Assembly: GCA_965213675.1 (NCBI GenBank)
Contig: OZ243916.1
Span: 3,584,001 to 3,648,000 of the forward strand
DNA: 64,000 nucleotides
DNA from: an uncultured Candidatus Binatia bacterium
Lineage (GTDB): Bacteria; Desulfobacterota; Binatia; UBA9968; JAJDTQ01
Reading direction: 5' to 3'
Shown here: positions 59,488-64,000 of the stretch, in pieces
Numbering within the stretch: position 1 is the stretch's first letter
Layout: each line of letters starts with the position of its first letter
The notes under the pieces: generated by a model
Database searches by the model: none
Seen by the model: the letters and a program-made list of their open reading frames with translations, nothing else
Told to the model about the DNA's origin: nothing
Made by a program: the position numbers and the translations under genes

Positions 59488-60774
59488 CTATGGGTTGGTG
59501 GCATCTGGTGCGGTGGGCGCCGCCGGCGCGCCGTTCCCGATGGACTCGTTGAGCGGCACGTCCGCATCGTCGCCCGCCTCAGTGGTGAACAGCGGAATGC
59601 CGAACAGCTTGACTCTCTTGCGATCGGTCACGCCCGAAGGGTCGGGGATCGGTTCCTCGTCGTAGATGTAGGTGAGCGGGTTGACGTAGTCCCAGAAGCC
59701 TTTTTTTCGTTCGGGTGCCGCGGTGGTGGCCATCAGGTTGCCGACGGTGCCCCGTTCGGCCTCCTGGGCCTCGAAGTCGTACTCCGACAGCTTGACTTCC
59801 ACGCGGTGCTTCTTGCGCAGATCGGTCTTGAGCCACTTGGCGAATCGCTCCTGGAGCGTCTTGTTGTAGAGTTCGTCGCGCACCTGTTCCGAGACCGTCT
59901 CGAAGCCGAGCCTCACGCCGCCCTGGCGGTCTTCCGCGCGGACCAGATGGTAGCCCAGGCTGGTGCGGACGGGTGGACTGGTGGCGCCCTTCTCCAGTGC
60001 GGCGGCGGCCTTTGCCAGCGAATCGGGCAAATCCTCGGGTTTGACCCAGCCGATGTCGCCGCCGTTGCCTGCGCCCGCGCCCTGGGAATGGGTCCGCGCC
60101 AACGCCGCGAGGTCCGCTCCGTCCACGATCTGCCTCCGCAGCGCGTCGATGCGCGCACGCACCGCCTGTTCCTGTGCGGCGGAAGCGCCCTGGTCCACGC
60201 TCAGCATGAGGTGGCGGAGTTGGAGCTTGAGTTCGGTGCGGTACAGGAGCGGGTTGGCGTCGTAGTATCGCTTGGCATCCTGCATCGTCACGTGGATTCG
60301 CTGGCGGACGTTGCGGCGGATCAACTCGTCCCGCTCGATTTGGCGCCGGACCTCCGCGCGGTATTCCTGCAGGTTCTTGCCCTGGCGCTCGAGCAGGCTG
60401 GTGAACTGCGCGACAGAGAGGCGGTTCTGCCCCCGCAGCGCGCTGATGTAGCTGTCGACGTCCTCGTCGCGCACGCGGATGCCCGTGCTCCGCACCTCGG
60501 CCTGGACAAGCTCGTTGGTGATGAACTGTTCCAGCCATTCCTGGGGGACGCGTCCCGCGGTCAACTCATCGAGGCGCACATCCTTGCCGAGTCGATCCCG
60601 CGTGAACCGCCGCAGGTCCGAGAAGGTGTGGGGCGCGCCATTGACCACAACGACGATCTTCTCGACGAGCGTCGCCGATGCGGCGCCGGGGAGAAGCGCG
60701 AGCAGGAGGAAGAGGAAGAACGAAAACAAATGACCAAGTCGTGGGTGAACGGATTTCATGACAAGTAGAACCAT
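59488..60774 (-). CDS. surA: SurA-like periplasmic parvulin PPIase/chaperone
   Basis: Signal peptide, EKIVVVVNG, LARTHS, GGDIGW, PVRTSLGYHL; located between mfd and pdxA. Confidence 0.8.
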   Translation of the reverse strand: MVLLVMKSVHPRLGHLFSFFLFLLLALLPGAASATLVEKIVVVVNGAPHTFSDLRRFTRDRLGKDVRLDELTAGRVPQEWLEQFITNELVQAEVRSTGIRVRDEDVDSYISALRGQNRLSVAQFTSLLERQGKNLQEYRAEVRRQIERDELIRRNVRQRIHVTMQDAKRYYDANPLLYRTELKLQLRHLMLSVDQGASAAQEQAVRARIDALRRQIVDGADLAALARTHSQGAGAGNGGDIGWVKPEDLPDSLAKAAAALEKGATSPPVRTSLGYHLVRAEDRQGGVRLGFETVSEQVRDELYNKTLQERFAKWLKTDLRKKHRVEVKLSEYDFEAQEAERGTVGNLMATTAAPERKKGFWDYVNPLTYIYDEEPIPDPSGVTDRKRVKLFGIPLFTTEAGDDADVPLNESIGNGAPAAPTAPDATNP

Positions 60775-60780
60775 ACATTT

Positions 60781-63700
60781 CTATGAAATCACCTGCAATA
60801 ACTCGCAGGTCTCGTCGATGAGCCCGGCCCAGTCCGCGTGATCCGGGGTGAACGACAGGCGGCCCTCGGGCGCAAAGCGGAAGTCCCGGTGATCCTCCCG
60901 CGCGAGGGTCAGCAGCCGCTCCACGTCGAGGCTGGAGGTGGCGTGAAAGTTCAGCGACAGGCGCCGGTCCTGGTAGATGATCTGGGTCGCCAGGGCGCGG
61001 ATCAGGGCGCGCCGGAGTTGCATCACCCGGAACAGGTTCTCCACCACCTCGGGGTAGTGGCCGTAGCGGTCACGGATCTCGTCCCGGATCTCCGCCAGTT
61101 GCGTGGCGTCCTCCAGGTTGGCGAGGCGCTTGTAGAACAGCAGCCGCTGGTTGGCGCTGGGCATGTAGTCGTCCGGGAAGTAGGCGGGAATGCCCAGACG
61201 GATCTCGGGTTCCACCTGGACCCGGCGCTCCTCGCCCTTCAATTCGTGGATCGTCTCTTCCATCATCTGGGTGTAGAGCTCGAAGCCCACCGCGGCGATC
61301 TGGCCGGACTGCTCCCGGCCCAGCAGGTTGCCGGCGCCGCGGATCTCCAGGTCGTGCAGCGCCAGCTTGAAGCCGCTGCCCAACTCGTCCAGCTCCTGCA
61401 GCGCCCGCAGCCGCTTCTCCGCGTCCTTGGTGACGGTGCCGCTGGCGGGCAGCAGCAGGTAGGCGTAGGCGCGACGCGACGACCGTCCCACCCGGCCGCG
61501 CAACTGGTAGAGCTGGGCCAGGCCGAAGCGGTCGGCGCGGTTGATGAGGATGGTGTTGGCGTTGGGATAGTCGAGGCCCGACTCGATGATGGCCGAGCAC
61601 ACCAGCACCTGGGCGTCGTTCTCGTGGAACCGGTCCATGTTCTTCTTCAACTCGGCCGGGGTCATCTGCCCGTGGGCGACCGTGACCCGGGCCTCGGGCA
61701 CCAGGTCCATGATCTTCTGGCCCACGCGCTGGATGCTCTCCACCCGGTTGTGCAGGAAGAACACCTGGCCCTCGCGGTTGATCTCCCGCAGGATCGCGTC
61801 GCGGATCACGCCCTCGTCGTAGCGCGTCACATAGGTCCGCACTGCGAGCCGGTTGGGCGGCGGCGTCTCGATGACGCTCAGGTCGCGGATCCCGGACAGC
61901 GACATGTGCAGCGTGCGCGGGATCGGCGTGGCCGTGAGGCTCATGACGTCCACGGTGGCGCGAAGCTGTTTGAGCTTCTCCTTGTGGCCGACGCCGAAGC
62001 GGTGCTCTTCGTCGATGATCACCAGACCGAGGTTCTTGAAGGCGATGTCCTTCTGAAGCAGCCGGTGGGTGCCGATGACGATGTCGATGAGCCCGTTGGC
62101 GAGGTCCTTGAGGGACTGCTGCACGGTCTTGCCGGCGACGAACCGGCTCAGGCTCTCCACCCGCACGGGGTAGGGCTCGAAGCGCTCGCGAAAGGTCTCC
62201 AGGTGCTGCTGGGTCAGGATCGTCGTGGGCGCCAGCACAGCCACCTGCTTGCCGTCCATCACGGCCATGAAGGCCGCGCGCATGGCCACTTCGGTCTTGC
62301 CGTAGCCCACGTCGCCGCAGACGAGCCGGTCCATGGGCTTGCTCTGCGCCATGTCCTTCAGCGCGTCGGCGATGGCCTGTTCCTGGTCCGGCGTCTCGTC
62401 GTACTCGAAGGCGGCCTCGAACTCCCGGTACGCCTGGTCCGGCGGCGGAAAGGCATGGCCGTCGTGCACTTCCCGGGCGGCGTAGACCCGCAGCAGTTCC
62501 TTGGCCATGGCCACGATGGACGTGCGCGTGCGCGCCTTGAGCTTGAGCCAGGCGGTCCCGCCCAGGCGGTCCAGCACCGGCGCGGCGCCGTCCGCGCCGA
62601 TGAACTTCTGCACCAGGTTGATGCGGTCGATGGGCAGGTAGAGGCGGTCGCCGCCCTGGTACTCCAGGTGCAGGAACTCCCCCTCCGTGCCTGCCACCTT
62701 GAGGTACCTGAGGCCGCGGTAGATGCCGATGCCCTGGTCCAGGTGCACCACCACGTCGTCCTGGCGCAACTCGCTCAGGCTGCTGATGAAGTGGCCGGCG
62801 CTCTCGCGTTTGCGCGCGGCCGGCGCCCGCTTCCGGCGTCCCCACAGCTCTTCCAGGGTGATGAGGATCAGCCCTTCGTCGGGAAGGCGGATGCCCTGGG
62901 TCAGGTCCCCCAGGAGGATCCCGGGGCCGTTGCGCGAAGTCCCGGCGACCTCGTGAAAGGGCTGTTCCGAGATGGGCAGTTCCACGTCGTAGTAGGCCAG
63001 CAATTGCTGCAGGCGCTGCGCGTCGCCCGGATGGCTGGCGACGAAGAGCACCCGCTGGCCGCGCCACTGTTCCAGGTGCTCCACCAGCGGCGCCAATGAT
63101 CGTTCCGCTCCCTGGGGTACGGTGAGAGCCGCGTGCAGGTTGGTGTTGGTGTAGGACCGCACCGAGATGCCCGACGCGGGGTCCGCGGACGCGGCGAGGG
63201 TATCCAGGCTTTCGCTGTGGATGCGCCGGAACGCCGCCGCCTCCTCGCGCCAACCGTCCGGGTCCAGGTAGAGGGCTTCGGCGGGAGGATGGAAGCGCCC
63301 GTCCGCCGCGGCCTCGGCGGCGCGCTGCGCCACCAGCTTCTCGAACCGTTCCAGCTCCTCTTCCACCCGCGCTGGCTGATCGCACCAGACGATGCCGCGC
63401 CGAGGCAGGTGATCCAGCAGCGACGGCAGTGGGCGGTCATGGAAATAGGGGACCAGGAACTCCATTCCCGCGAAGCCCGTGCCCTGGCTTACGGACTCCA
63501 GCAGCGCCCGCTTGTTCTTGCGCGTGAACTCCAACTCGTCCGCGCGCTCCTCGATGCGGAGCAGAGTGTCGCGGCTCGTGCCCGGCCCCGCGGTGAACTC
63601 TTTCAAGGGCAGCAGCACCAACTCTTCGTGGTATGTGCGCGAGCGTTGGCTGCGTGGGTCGAACTCGCGAATGGACTCGATGCAGTCGCCAGCGAGTTCC

Positions 63701-63999
63701 AGGCGCACGGGCCGCCCGTAGCCCGGCGGGAACAGGTCGACGATGCCGCCGCGCACGCTGAAGTCGCCGCGTTCCTCCACCAGGGGCGCGCGCGTGAAGC
63801 CCAGGTTCGAGAGCTGCCACAGCAGGTGCTCCCGGTCCACGTCCTGTCCCTCGACAAAGCGCGCGTCGCGGAAGCTGTCCCGCGGCATGACGCGCTGCAT
63901 CACCGCCGCCGGCGTGGTCACCACCACCGGCGCCCGCTGCTGCGCCAGCCGGTGGAGCCCCTCCATGCGCGCCGCCAGGTGGTCGGCGCTCGGCGAGAG
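60781..63999 (-). CDS. mfd: Transcription-repair coupling factor (5' partial)
   Basis: VRGGIVD, PMDRLVCGDVGYGKTEVA, DEEHRFGV, TATPIPRT, QLYQLRGRVGR, DLEIRGAGNLLG. Confidence 0.98.
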   Translation of the reverse strand, partial: LSPSADHLAARMEGLHRLAQQRAPVVVTTPAAVMQRVMPRDSFRDARFVEGQDVDREHLLWQLSNLGFTRAPLVEERGDFSVRGGIVDLFPPGYGRPVRLELAGDCIESIREFDPRSQRSRTYHEELVLLPLKEFTAGPGTSRDTLLRIEERADELEFTRKNKRALLESVSQGTGFAGMEFLVPYFHDRPLPSLLDHLPRRGIVWCDQPARVEEELERFEKLVAQRAAEAAADGRFHPPAEALYLDPDGWREEAAAFRRIHSESLDTLAASADPASGISVRSYTNTNLHAALTVPQGAERSLAPLVEHLEQWRGQRVLFVASHPGDAQRLQQLLAYYDVELPISEQPFHEVAGTSRNGPGILLGDLTQGIRLPDEGLILITLEELWGRRKRAPAARKRESAGHFISSLSELRQDDVVVHLDQGIGIYRGLRYLKVAGTEGEFLHLEYQGGDRLYLPIDRINLVQKFIGADGAAPVLDRLGGTAWLKLKARTRTSIVAMAKELLRVYAAREVHDGHAFPPPDQAYREFEAAFEYDETPDQEQAIADALKDMAQSKPMDRLVCGDVGYGKTEVAMRAAFMAVMDGKQVAVLAPTTILTQQHLETFRERFEPYPVRVESLSRFVAGKTVQQSLKDLANGLIDIVIGTHRLLQKDIAFKNLGLVIIDEEHRFGVGHKEKLKQLRATVDVMSLTATPIPRTLHMSLSGIRDLSVIETPPPNRLAVRTYVTRYDEGVIRDAILREINREGQVFFLHNRVESIQRVGQKIMDLVPEARVTVAHGQMTPAELKKNMDRFHENDAQVLVCSAIIESGLDYPNANTILINRADRFGLAQLYQLRGRVGRSSRRAYAYLLLPASGTVTKDAEKRLRALQELDELGSGFKLALHDLEIRGAGNLLGREQSGQIAAVGFELYTQMMEETIHELKGEERRVQVEPEIRLGIPAYFPDDYMPSANQRLLFYKRLANLEDATQLAEIRDEIRDRYGHYPEVVENLFRVMQLRRALIRALATQIIYQDRRLSLNFHATSSLDVERLLTLAREDHRDFRFAPEGRLSFTPDHADWAGLIDETCELLQVIS

Positions 64000-64000
64000 G

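Overview
High-GC bacterial chromosome window. The gene set and order (pan RNA motif, STAS gene inside dcw, Calx-beta autotransporters) suggest a deltaproteobacterial-type organism such as Binatia, possibly host-associated; this is inference. Core genes: purF tail, Zn-ribbon gene, rnpB, full dcw cluster (mraZ to ftsZ), mtnA, gshA, panBC with pan leader, smpB-ssrA, msrA, lipid A acyltransferase, iscS-iscA-nifS, uvrA, pdxA, surA, mfd. Accessory parts: (1) a hydantoinase/oxoprolinase A+B+B cluster; (2) a decayed island (5.9-13 kb) with a serine-recombinase fragment, a palindromic MITE-like element, two broken autotransporter-like genes sharing a ~1.07 kb repeat, an MmeI remnant and HigBA; (3) an OM-barrel/MMPL/LolA-like module containing an orphan IS end that appears to supply a promoter; (4) a fully delimited 2.86 kb IS1-family cargo-carrying element (52887-55748; 20-bp IRs, 8-bp target duplication) inserted in the uvrA 3' end. 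It carries HigB, a HigA-ImmA/IrrE peptidase fusion, a truncated third gene and a small basic companion protein, and is the best candidate for an undescribed system. All calls come from reading the sequence; no searches were run.
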